64,000 nt of DNA, from NCBI GenBank assembly GCA_964404275.1, contig CAYOJH010000006.1:1525-65524 (forward strand), given 5' to 3'. The DNA is from an uncultured Gammaproteobacteria bacterium. Lineage in GTDB: Bacteria; Patescibacteriota; Patescibacteriia; SG8-24; DYFX01. Positions within the stretch are counted from its first letter, which is position 1. Each line of letters starts with the position of its first letter. Under the pieces are notes generated by a model, which saw nothing but the letters and a program-made list of their open reading frames with translations, did no database searches and was not told where the DNA came from. The position numbers and the translations under genes were made by a program. Of this stretch, positions 39,077 to 48,400 are shown piece by piece.

Positions 39077-40891
39077 TCAGGAGGTTTTGCGTCCTGACTT
39101 TTTCCGAAGGCTGTGGAGGAGGAGCGTGGCGGCAAGCAAGCCGGCCGCGACGATGCTCCACGCGGGAACGCCTTCAGCGGGTCCTGCGCCCGTGTTCGGC
39201 AATTTCGGAGCGGCGGCGGCCACGACAACCGTGGCAATCGCGAAGTCGCGCACGGTCATGCCGTTCGCTTCGCCGGTGGCGATGGCGGTATTGGTCGTGG
39301 TCTTCGCCAGCATCGCTTGGCAGGTATAGGTCCACGTTTCGGAAGGATCAAGCTTGTTATCTCCGTTGGTATCGCCGGAGATACGCACCATCGGCGCGCA
39401 GGTGTCGTCGTTGAGCTGGACATTGCTAAGCGCGATCGTGCCGGGGTTGCTGACTTTTTCCGTGTAGGTGATCAGGCCGCCTTTCGCGCCCAAGGCCAGC
39501 GGGCTCGGAAGTTTCGTGACATGGATCAGCGGCGGCACGACAGGCGCGCCGACGACGACCGTTGCGCTGGCAAGATCGGTCGCGCTGATGCCGTTGGCCC
39601 AACCGGTCGCGACGACCGTGTTCGTATGGGTTTGCGTCAAGGTGGTCGTGCAGCTGTAGATCCACGTTTCGTTCACGTCAAGCTTCGCATCATGGTTGAG
39701 ATCGCCGGAGTTCAAGACAATGGGAATGCAGCTGTCGCCGACCATCGTGACGTCCGTGACGGGAACCGTGCCGACGTTACGAAGCGTGTAGGTGTACGTC
39801 ACCGATCCGGGACCGTTCGGCAGGGCCAGCGGACTCGGGACCTTGACGACGTCGATCAGCGGCGGCACGGGCGGAGTGACGACGGGTGCGCCGATGTCGT
39901 TATTCGTGATGATGCAGAAGCGGATATCGCCCGGATTGAGGTTCAAGCGGCCGTCGGCGTCGCAATCGCCAGAAAAAGATTGCGTGTAGCGCGGATCGCT
40001 CGTTTCCGTCACGGCATAGACGCCGGCCGGGGCGGGGAAGTCATACGTGGCGCCGGAAGAGACGGAGATCCCGTTCACGAACAACGGGAAGTCCGCGATG
40101 GTCTTAGTGCCGCCGTTATCATTGATAACTTTTTTGATGACGCCGATCGTACCCGAGTGGCTGCCGCCGGTTGAAACGGGCGTCACGGGAGCTGCGCAGG
40201 TCGGAACCGTGACGGTGTCGGTATTCGTCGTGACCGTGCCGCCAAAAGCCAAGGCTCGCCCTGTCCAGTTGGTGTTGGCGCCCACGGTGATGCCCGAGGC
40301 GTCGATGTCCGTACCGAAGAAGGTCGTATTGGCCGCGAGCGTCGTGGCCTGGGTCGGCGTCCAGAAGACGTCACACGCCGAAGCGCCGCTCAGCGTGACG
40401 ACGGCGCCGGCCGTCGATGTCAGTGCGCCCACGGGCCTGAAAATATAGGTTCCCGTGCCATTCAGCGTCAAAGGACCACCGACATCCATTGCTCCGTTGC
40501 TGCAATAGACGCCAGGCGCATAGACGCCGATCGGACCATGGGTCGTATCCGTGGAAAGATCGATCGCGCCGGCCGCGAACGTGAAGGTGCAGGGCTGGGA
40601 AGCCAACGCCGTGGAGGCATTACCTTGATCGGTACCTGCCGTCGAGTACGGAGCGCCGGACCCATAATTCGCATGCGTGCCCAGGGGGGCAACGGCCGGA
40701 GGCGTTGTGAACCCGACGTCGCCATTGATCGTGGTCGTCGTCGTGTTCGTGTAGGTGCTCGCCAGAACACCGTAGCTTGCCGCCGCTCCCAGCGAAGGCG
40801 ACGTGGCCGCAAGCGCGGCGACGGGACCGAATAGGCTGAATAGTAAAGCCAGAGCTGCTACGCCGCTCCCAACCCTTCGAAAAGTTTTCAT
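39077..40891 (-). CDS. LPNTG-anchored surface protein with ice-binding-like (DUF3494) head and shared stalk
   Basis: SLGAAASYGVLA, INGDVG, PGVY, VFW, GRALA; LPNTG + hydrophobic stretch + RKK. Confidence 0.88.
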   Translation of the reverse strand: MKTFRRVGSGVAALALLFSLFGPVAALAATSPSLGAAASYGVLASTYTNTTTTTINGDVGFTTPPAVAPLGTHANYGSGAPYSTAGTDQGNASTALASQPCTFTFAAGAIDLSTDTTHGPIGVYAPGVYCSNGAMDVGGPLTLNGTGTYIFRPVGALTSTAGAVVTLSGASACDVFWTPTQATTLAANTTFFGTDIDASGITVGANTNWTGRALAFGGTVTTNTDTVTVPTCAAPVTPVSTGGSHSGTIGVIKKVINDNGGTKTIADFPLFVNGISVSSGATYDFPAPAGVYAVTETSDPRYTQSFSGDCDADGRLNLNPGDIRFCIITNNDIGAPVVTPPVPPLIDVVKVPSPLALPNGPGSVTYTYTLRNVGTVPVTDVTMVGDSCIPIVLNSGDLNHDAKLDVNETWIYSCTTTLTQTHTNTVVATGWANGISATDLASATVVVGAPVVPPLIHVTKLPSPLALGAKGGLITYTEKVSNPGTIALSNVQLNDDTCAPMVRISGDTNGDNKLDPSETWTYTCQAMLAKTTTNTAIATGEANGMTVRDFAIATVVVAAAAPKLPNTGAGPAEGVPAWSIVAAGLLAATLLLHSLRKKSGRKTS

Positions 40892-41005
40892 GCGCGTCTT
40901 ATATAGACGCCACGACGCATGCGGAACTTAAGTGTTCGGCGACGCCCCATGGCAACTAAGCATTACCCAGTTGTCAAGTAATTGATTTAATCTTAGCACA
41001 TTTTT
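40892..41005 (-). promoter_or_regulatory. Extended -10 promoter and structured 5' leader, copy 1
   Basis: TG-C-TAAGAT; homologous to 43599-43707 with covarying stems. Confidence 0.7.
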
Positions 41006-41040
41006 CAGACCCTGTGTGTGAATAACTATTCTGTTCAGCT

Positions 41041-41520
41041 CTATTTTAGAGGCTTTGTCTCGCCGATTGCCTCATCGGCCGTATCCGCGTCAGCTTCCGC
41101 CTTCGTGCGATGGATGCGGCCGTCGATATGATTCGGCGGCGCGTAGACCGTATAGAGCTTGAGCGCTTCGGCGCCGGTGTTTTTGAAATTATGTTTCGTG
41201 CCCGCGGTCACGACGACGACATCGCCGGGGCCGATCGGGAACGGCTTGTCATTGAGGTATCCCGTGCCCGTTCCCGAAATGAAGAAGAGCGTCTGTTCAG
41301 TATACGTGTGCGTTTCTTCGCCGACCTCGCCGCCGGGCGGAATGCTCATGACCACCAACTGGCTATTCGGACCGGTGAAGACGACGCGGCGGAAATAGTC
41401 GTTTTCCTGCGCCTGCGCGAGAATGTTGCCGTGATAGCTCATGGGAATGTGGGTGGGAGAGCTCGCGCAGCCCGTGCCGAGAAGCAGGAGGCCGGCGAGA
41501 AGAATAAGAAGGCGTTTCAT
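41041..41520 (-). CDS. Cupin-domain lipoprotein
   Basis: Lipobox GTGC; QLVVMSIPPGGEVGEETH, GTKHNF.N.G...LKLYTVYAPPNH. Confidence 0.88.
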   Translation of the reverse strand: MKRLLILLAGLLLLGTGCASSPTHIPMSYHGNILAQAQENDYFRRVVFTGPNSQLVVMSIPPGGEVGEETHTYTEQTLFFISGTGTGYLNDKPFPIGPGDVVVVTAGTKHNFKNTGAEALKLYTVYAPPNHIDGRIHRTKAEADADTADEAIGETKPLK

Positions 41521-43598
41521 TGTTTTGCGATCCGCCGGTGAAGAATCAAACCGCTGACAACGATGATGGCGAGGAGCAAAAGGGCCGTGATCAACCCGTC
41601 CAGAGGCGTGGCAAAGAGCTCCAAGATGATCAAGCGGACCTTCTGCGTGAATGGAGTTTTTTTCGAGGCGTCGGCCGAAGTCGTTTCAGACGTTGAGACC
41701 GTTGATGGATGAACGGCATCGGTCCCCGTACTCGGAAGTTTCGATTCCGGCATCAGCTTGGACTTTGTCGCAAGATTGAACACGCCGGTCGCCGGCAAGC
41801 CGACGTCTCTTTGATATCTGATGAGGGCGGCGCGCGTGAGCGTTCCGAAATAGCCTTTCGCGACGCGCAACGGCATGGTCAGGAACCCGTCGCGCTCGAG
41901 CGCGGTCTGGAGCGCCGCGACATCCGCGCCTCGCGCGCCCAGCTTGAGAGACTGATACAGGATCGGGGCAAGGATATCGGCGTTTTCCGGCACGGCGTCG
42001 GTGAAGACCACGCGCCGTTGCGGGTAGGTGCCGTTGACCTGGTTCCAAACCCCTTCGCAGGTAATGAGATTCAGGTGCGCGAGGCCGTCGTTCGACGTAA
42101 AGACGGTCGTGGCATCGGCGTTTCTGTCGAACAGGCTGATGGTTCGAACGACGAAGGCAAGCGTTTCGCCTTTATCGTTGACGACGTAGACGATATCGCC
42201 CGCTTTGAGCTTGTCGAGGTCGTAGAAGACGAACGGCACGCCCTTATTGATGCCGAAGTGTCCGCCGATCACGGCGCTGCCTTCCTGGCCGGGATGCGGG
42301 CCGAGCGCGAACCAGGCGACGTTTTCCGAACCCGCCGGGACGTCCATTCTTCCGTCGGGCGTGATCAGCGCGTCCTCGATCGCGGAATCGACGCCGATCG
42401 TCGGAATCTTGAGGCGGACGGGAAGTCCCTGCGGAATGCCGCCCGGATCGCGGATGCTGGAATAGGCGATTTGATTCGAAAGAGATCCCGTGATCGGAAA
42501 TTTCGCCACGGGAAATTTCCAACCGAAGGCGAGGTCAGATGAAACCTGGGGTTCTGCAATCTGATTGCGTCGGGGCGACAAGAAGAAGTACAATCCGCCG
42601 CCCAAGATGGCGGCGAGCACAATGATAGACAGCACTCTTAAGGAGCGTTTGAAGCTCTTTCGCGCTTTCCCGGTCTTGCGCTTCCGCGTGAGCAGCAACA
42701 GGAGAAGGAGGATCGCCAAGACCAAGGACATGATTCCCCACAGAACGATTTTCGACCCGGCGCCGAGTCCGGTCAGCGGAAATTTCGGGACATCCTGATT
42801 CGAAAAGCCGGGAACGAGGCTCCTGACCATGACGGTCAGAGCGAAGTCGTCCACCGCCCGCAAGCCGTTCGCGAACGCCGTCACGTGCACCGTGTTGGTC
42901 GTCGTCTGCTTCAAGTTCGCCGTGCACGTGTAGATCCAGACCTCGTTCGTGTCCAGGAGGCTGTTGCCGTTCGTGTCTCCTAATTTTCCCGACATCGCGC
43001 TGCACTTGTCATCGACGATGGTGACGTTGCTCAGCGGGACAGCGCCAGGGTTGTTGACTCTGTAGGTGAAGGTGATCGGACCGCCCTCGGCCGGCAGGGA
43101 AAGCGGATAGGCGACTTTGGTGACGTTGATGACGCTGACGAGCGGAGCGGGATTCGCGGAGCCGACGACGACGGTCGTATACGCCTTGTGCGTAGCGGTG
43201 ACGCCGTTGGCGCTGCCGGTGACCGTGGCCGTGCTTTGCGTCGTTGCGGAAAGCGTCGTCGTGCAGGTATAGCGCCAGGTTTCGCCGTACTCGAGTCTGC
43301 CATCCCCGTTATCGTCGCCGTCATGAAAGGCGACGGCGCCACAGGCGTCATCGACGACATGCACGTCCGTCAGCGCGATCTCCTGAAGAAAATTCTTCAC
43401 CGCGTAGTTGTACGTGACCTTGCCGCCCGCTTGAGGCAAGACCAACGGGTCGGGCACCGACGTGATGCCGATCAATGGCACGTATAAGACGCTGCCGCTT
43501 CCTTGCGCGCCGGCCGCAAACGCAGCGATCGGACCGATCAAAAGAGATACGAAAAAAAGAGCCGCAATGGCCCGTGAACCCGTTTTATTTGTATGCAT
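41517..43598 (-). CDS. Fusion: two Ig-like repeats + FPLTG sorting signal + second TM + class F sortase + PG-binding domain + LPSTG + C-terminal TM
   Basis: Single ORF; GSAVIGGH, LNLITC...R; LKLGARGADVAALQ..L...GYFGTLTRAALIRYQ. Confidence 0.85.
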   Translation of the reverse strand: MHTNKTGSRAIAALFFVSLLIGPIAAFAAGAQGSGSVLYVPLIGITSVPDPLVLPQAGGKVTYNYAVKNFLQEIALTDVHVVDDACGAVAFHDGDDNGDGRLEYGETWRYTCTTTLSATTQSTATVTGSANGVTATHKAYTTVVVGSANPAPLVSVINVTKVAYPLSLPAEGGPITFTYRVNNPGAVPLSNVTIVDDKCSAMSGKLGDTNGNSLLDTNEVWIYTCTANLKQTTTNTVHVTAFANGLRAVDDFALTVMVRSLVPGFSNQDVPKFPLTGLGAGSKIVLWGIMSLVLAILLLLLLLTRKRKTGKARKSFKRSLRVLSIIVLAAILGGGLYFFLSPRRNQIAEPQVSSDLAFGWKFPVAKFPITGSLSNQIAYSSIRDPGGIPQGLPVRLKIPTIGVDSAIEDALITPDGRMDVPAGSENVAWFALGPHPGQEGSAVIGGHFGINKGVPFVFYDLDKLKAGDIVYVVNDKGETLAFVVRTISLFDRNADATTVFTSNDGLAHLNLITCEGVWNQVNGTYPQRRVVFTDAVPENADILAPILYQSLKLGARGADVAALQTALERDGFLTMPLRVAKGYFGTLTRAALIRYQRDVGLPATGVFNLATKSKLMPESKLPSTGTDAVHPSTVSTSETTSADASKKTPFTQKVRLIILELFATPLDGLITALLLLAIIVVSGLILHRRIAKQ

Positions 43599-43721
43599 GC
43601 GCGTCTCATGACGGCCGGCGCGTCGTGCAGAACTTAGACGTTCGGCGGCACGCGGCAGCGAGGCATTACCTTGCTGCCAAGTAATTGACTTAAGATTAGC
43701 ACATTTTATAGGCATCGACAA
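43599..43721 (-). promoter_or_regulatory. Promoter (TTGTCG-17-TAATCT, extended TG) and structured 5' leader, copy 2
   Basis: Homologous to 40892-41005. Confidence 0.7.
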
Positions 43722-43883
43722 AAAAAGACCTTCCATGAAGGAAAGTCTCTTTTGGTAGCCCGGACCACTGAAATGTGGAACGAAATCATGACGGACCTCA
43801 AGGCGTGGACTGTGTTTGGTAGGGACTTGAGGGCTACTGCCGCAGCAGCTTGATAAGACACTGCCACGGGGGAATGGAAGAGG

Positions 43884-45398
43884 TTACTGCGCCGATGAAA
43901 CAACCTCGTTAAGAACGCGCCAGATTGCGATCATGGCCTCGGTATCTCGACCGCAATACTTTTTAAGGTCGGCAGCGATTTTCGCTTTTACCTCGTCGGT
44001 CTGCCCTTCAAAAATCATCCGGTACCAAGCATCCATTGCCGCGCCACCATCCTGAATTTCCAGCTCTTTGTAAGTTAGCGTGGGTACTAACACGGGTAAT
44101 ACTTTCTTTATCGATGTTCTCCCCCGGAAATCCGGATGTACATGGAACTGCTTCTGAAAAATTTCCATCAAATCATAAATGCGAGCATTGATATCAGACA
44201 AGAATGAATCGTGCTGCGGATTTCTCTCCGCAAGCTGAGAGTTGATCTTCCTTTCAAAGGGCTTATACCACACGATAATGGTACCGCTTTCCCCAATAGT
44301 CCCCTGTAGCTTATCGATGATGGCCTCTGACGGGTCTGTTGCTTCCTCGTGCAAGTACTCGAAATGCTCAAAATCAGCATCCGGGCCACTCAGTCTATCC
44401 AAAGAAAATTGGAATGGTATCTGTTGATATGGCTTATAGCCCTTAAACAGCGGGATCGCTGGCGCGTAACTTTCATAGTCAAGAAAATACAACGGGAAGG
44501 CTAGCGAAGAAAGCTCACGTTCGATGGCATCCTTGTCGATGATTGCCTTTTGAGTCTTGTGGGCAATGGCCTGCATTTTCTGAATATCCGACAAAGAAAA
44601 CTCATCCGGCACATCCTTAATGTCGAAGATTCCGTCTTCAACTAAACTCTCCAACTTTTTCTTACTGATCCTCGATAAGTCATGCACCGAGTATTCAGGT
44701 ACCTGCGGATGGGAGTAGCAAAAAGTTGAGCACTGGGAATTCCTGCCGACATACAGGCATTCACAGGATAGGGCGCTCTCATCAAGTTGGGTCAGCGCCT
44801 CTCTCGCTCGATCCATTCGTGCTTTTACATCCTCCATCCTGTCAGCAACCTTTTCGGTCACATCCTCCATCTCGAAGAGCTCTGAAAGTGAGATTTCGTC
44901 ACCACGAACGTACTCTTTGTTCAGGTGAATGATTTTGATTTGCCCAATTTTTATACCCACTGATTGGAGAATGCGTGCCTGAAAGGATGCGTCATCGATA
45001 TGGTCCCGACCATCCTCCCCTTCGTTCAAAGAATTGGTCCCTTTGACCTCGTATAGATTCCAGCACCCGTGATCCTCATCGAACTCCAAAACGTCGTTAC
45101 GCGCCAAAAAACCGTCGTGAATGAAAGTCGCTTGGAAAAGCGCTTTGGAGCCATGACCCATCAACTCTTCCGTCCTCTTTGCGGCAGCCTCGCCCGACTC
45201 CTCGATTAAAATGCCTTCGGGAAAAAGCTTCCTCGCCCATTGTTCAACAAGGTTTCCTTTTGCCAACAGACCTCGCTCAAATTCTGAGAGGGAGAACATT
45301 GAGCTCAAGTCAGGCTTGTGCACCTTAAGCCACGCGTTCTTTCCGCACGCGCTATATTCGAGAAACAGGGTTTTTGTGAGGTATTTCATTTGATCCAT
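43884..45398 (-). CDS. DUF2779-like protein (N-terminal PD-(D/E)xK/RecB-like nuclease, C-terminal RNase H-like domain)
   Basis: C.KNAWL, ARNDVL...LYEVKG, LYFLDYES, PYQQIPFQFS, SIKKVLP, LKKYCGRDT. Confidence 0.82.
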   Translation of the reverse strand: MDQMKYLTKTLFLEYSACGKNAWLKVHKPDLSSMFSLSEFERGLLAKGNLVEQWARKLFPEGILIEESGEAAAKRTEELMGHGSKALFQATFIHDGFLARNDVLEFDEDHGCWNLYEVKGTNSLNEGEDGRDHIDDASFQARILQSVGIKIGQIKIIHLNKEYVRGDEISLSELFEMEDVTEKVADRMEDVKARMDRAREALTQLDESALSCECLYVGRNSQCSTFCYSHPQVPEYSVHDLSRISKKKLESLVEDGIFDIKDVPDEFSLSDIQKMQAIAHKTQKAIIDKDAIERELSSLAFPLYFLDYESYAPAIPLFKGYKPYQQIPFQFSLDRLSGPDADFEHFEYLHEEATDPSEAIIDKLQGTIGESGTIIVWYKPFERKINSQLAERNPQHDSFLSDINARIYDLMEIFQKQFHVHPDFRGRTSIKKVLPVLVPTLTYKELEIQDGGAAMDAWYRMIFEGQTDEVKAKIAADLKKYCGRDTEAMIAIWRVLNEVVSSAQ

Positions 45399-45450
45399 GC
45401 TCGTACGATAGGGTTTTTGTGTATACTTAGTCAAAACACAGGCCCTACCG

Positions 45451-48400
45451 ATGGATAACCCTGCCATTCCGCTAAAAGTGAAACTGCTCTGGAAGGCATC
45501 AAAGCCTGCCGATTTTGATTTGTACAAGGCTGCGCTCGAATGGAGTCTTGTTGATCCGATAATCATTGAAAACCGAGACGACCTTAAGTCCGAGTATCTT
45601 TGGCGCGACAAAATAAAGCCATACCACCATCAAGTCACAAATCTAATCACTTTTTGTCGTCGTCTCCCGGTTACACTTCTCGCAGATGACGTTGGTTTGG
45701 GTAAAACCATCAGCGCTGGCTTGATAGCCAGTGAACTCATGACGCGTGATCGTGTTTCCAAGATTTTGATTGTCTGCCCCAAACTGCTGATGAATCAGTG
45801 GAGCGAGGAATTGGAACAAAAGTTTGGCATTGCGTCGACAACTGCCATTGGTAAGACTCTCATAAAGGCGAAGCCGCCGAAGGATGTCGGGGCGGTAATA
45901 ACAACCTACACATCCGCGAAACTGTATTTAGACGACCTCGAAGACGCGGGTTATCAAATGTTGATTCTTGATGAGGCGCATAAACTTCGCAATCTATACG
46001 GTGTCGATCCGACACCTCAAGTAGCAACTCGTTTTAGAAAAGCTCTGAAGGACAGGCTGTTTAGATACGTCCTGATGCTAACAGCTACGCCAATTCAGAA
46101 TCGCCTTTGGGACTTGTATTCACTTATAGACCTATTGACCGTAGCTCGTGGACACGAGAATCCATTTGGTAGTGAAGGGATTTTTGCGCGTAAGTTTATT
46201 GATGACGATCGAACGCAGGCGCGTCGTCTTAACTTAGGCGCAAAGGATGAATTCCGCTCGATCATTTACCAGTACATGTCGCGTGTTCGGCGCGGTGACG
46301 CGCAGCTATATTTTCCTGAAAGGAAAGTTCTGCTCAAGTCCGTAGCGCCAACCGCAGAGGAAAGCGAGCTGATTGGAATTATTGCGGAACCAATTCAGGA
46401 GTTGAACCGTTTGGGACAAATATCGGTTCTTCAGGCCCTCATCAGCAGCCCTGATGCTTTGGCGGCCCAGCTTAGAACGATGGCACGAAACGAAACCATA
46501 CCAGCGGAGCTTGCGACTCGCGTCCGGGAGGTCGTCAAGAAAATGAAGACGACAGCGAAGATGCAGGGCTTGGGATCATTGGTTGAAAAACTTAGAAAGG
46601 AGCGTCCCGAAGACTGGCGGATGGTAGTCTTCACGACTCGCAGGGAAACCCAAACGACGATTCAGGCCTTCTTGGAAGGGCAGGGCATCGCTTGTGGGGT
46701 TATCAATGGGGATTCCGGGCGACGAAACCAAGAGACGATCAATAATTTTAAATGCTACCCTCCCCAGATTAACGTAATCATTTCTACCGAAGCCGGGTCC
46801 GAGGGCGTTAACTTACAGGCCGCAAACGTCCTTGTTAACTACGATCTTCCGTGGAATCCGATGGTGGTGGAGCAGCGCATTGGCCGTATTCAACGCCTTG
46901 CGTCTGAGCACAAGACCGTCTCCATTTTCAATATCATCCTAAAGGGTACTTTCGAGGAGTATATAGTCGGAAGGTTGATGGAAAAACTTCAGATGGCCTC
47001 CCAAGCCATTGGTGATGTTGAGTCGTTGCTTCAGGCGTCGGGAATGGAAGAGGGGGAGGGAGAAATCACTTCATTTGAGGAGCAAATCCGTCGGCTGGTT
47101 ATCGAGTCATTGGCTGGGAAAGATGTTGAAGAAGCCACCCGGATGGCAGAAAAAAGCATCGAACACGCAGAGGCCGAACTCGATCGCGAGGAGAAAAATA
47201 TTGATTCGATGTTGGGCGGTATGGGTGATGTTGTGGGAGTCGATCCGTATCCTCCGAAATTGACCCCGGTCAATCACTCAATGGGACTTCGTGAGTTCGT
47301 GCTTGGCGCACTAGAAGCTCAGGGCGAAAAAGTAACGGCCCAGCCGAACGGTTTGTACGTCTCAGAATCCCATGGTCAAAAGGAACTGTTTCGTTTTGAT
47401 AATGAAGTTGCTGATCCTGAAACGACCAGTACCTTATATGCCCCCGGAAGTCCGGCATTTGAGCGTCTGGTGAATCGTTGTACCAGCCGCGGTTATCACA
47501 CGGTAAACGATGTCGATATAGAACCGCTAAAAAAGGCGATGGATATCGCGGGCGGTTGGGCTAAAGCATTTGATGGCCGATTTGATTCGGCTGCTCCGTT
47601 GGCGGTGTATAGGAATTTTGAAGGTTCGGCAATCATCAGGGTTCATGCAACGGTGGCTCATGACAGCTATGAGCGTCTCGTGGAGTCTGATTGTGCAATA
47701 AAAATGGATCATGACTTGGGCAAACTCGGTCTAGAGCCTCTCCATGCTTCGATTAGCGACCCGCACAAAGTTGGGTTGGATACGGATTGCCTGATTGATA
47801 AGGCATTCCATGATCCCGACATATCAGAATTTTGCCGTTTCTACGGTGAGCGCTTGGAGCAGGAGCTCAAGGCTGTAGGTGATGATGAGCGCAAAAGAAA
47901 AAAGACCGTCGATGACTTCACTCCCCGCATTGCCGTGGAACTCGTGGGGCTAAATGGCAACATCCATCGCCGAATTAAGTTGAACACCAAATATCGAATT
48001 GATGAGGGGGAGTACGAAAGTTCATTGACTGTCATTCCGAATAGCGAAGAAGTTATTGAGGCACCCGAGATCAAGAAGTGCGAGAAAACTGGGCGGCATG
48101 CCCCAGCCGACTGCTTTGGGATTTGTGAAATTAGCAAATTACAAGTGCTGAGGCACCTATTGGTTGCCTCAGACATTTCAGACAGGCAGGCTCTTCCAGA
48201 GCACGTGATTAAGTGCTCATACTCGGGCAAAAAGGTGCTGATCGATGAGGCAGCAAAATCGGACATCTCTGGACATTTTGTGACTGCATCATTGCTGCTT
48301 ACGTCAGCGATTAGCGGAAAGAAGGGGGAGCCAACATACTTTGGTCAATGTGAGTTCACCTCGGTGACAGCCCTCAAGGACGAGCTTTTAACGAGTGAAG

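Noticed and set aside
34720-40140. Near-identical stalk segments as a DGR template/variable repeat or shufflon
   Set aside because: No reverse transcriptase, differences are not adenine-specific, all copies are coding and co-oriented with no inverted recombination sites.
43599-43736. 46-aa N-terminal extension of the sortase fusion in the ORF track
   Set aside because: Covers the promoter and leader; the signal peptide starts at Met 43598.
43689-43760. Left att flank reads LKISTFY...KKTFHEGKSLLVA, resembling the recombinase end and hinting at a tandem island remnant
   Set aside because: The upstream part is explained by the minus-strand promoter shared with 40892-41005, and the rest by the terminator and att similarity; a stop lies just upstream.
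45399-45611. Overlap between the DUF2779-like ORF and the helicase
   Set aside because: Artefact of longest-ORF start; family-like sequence begins at MDQMKYLTK (45398).
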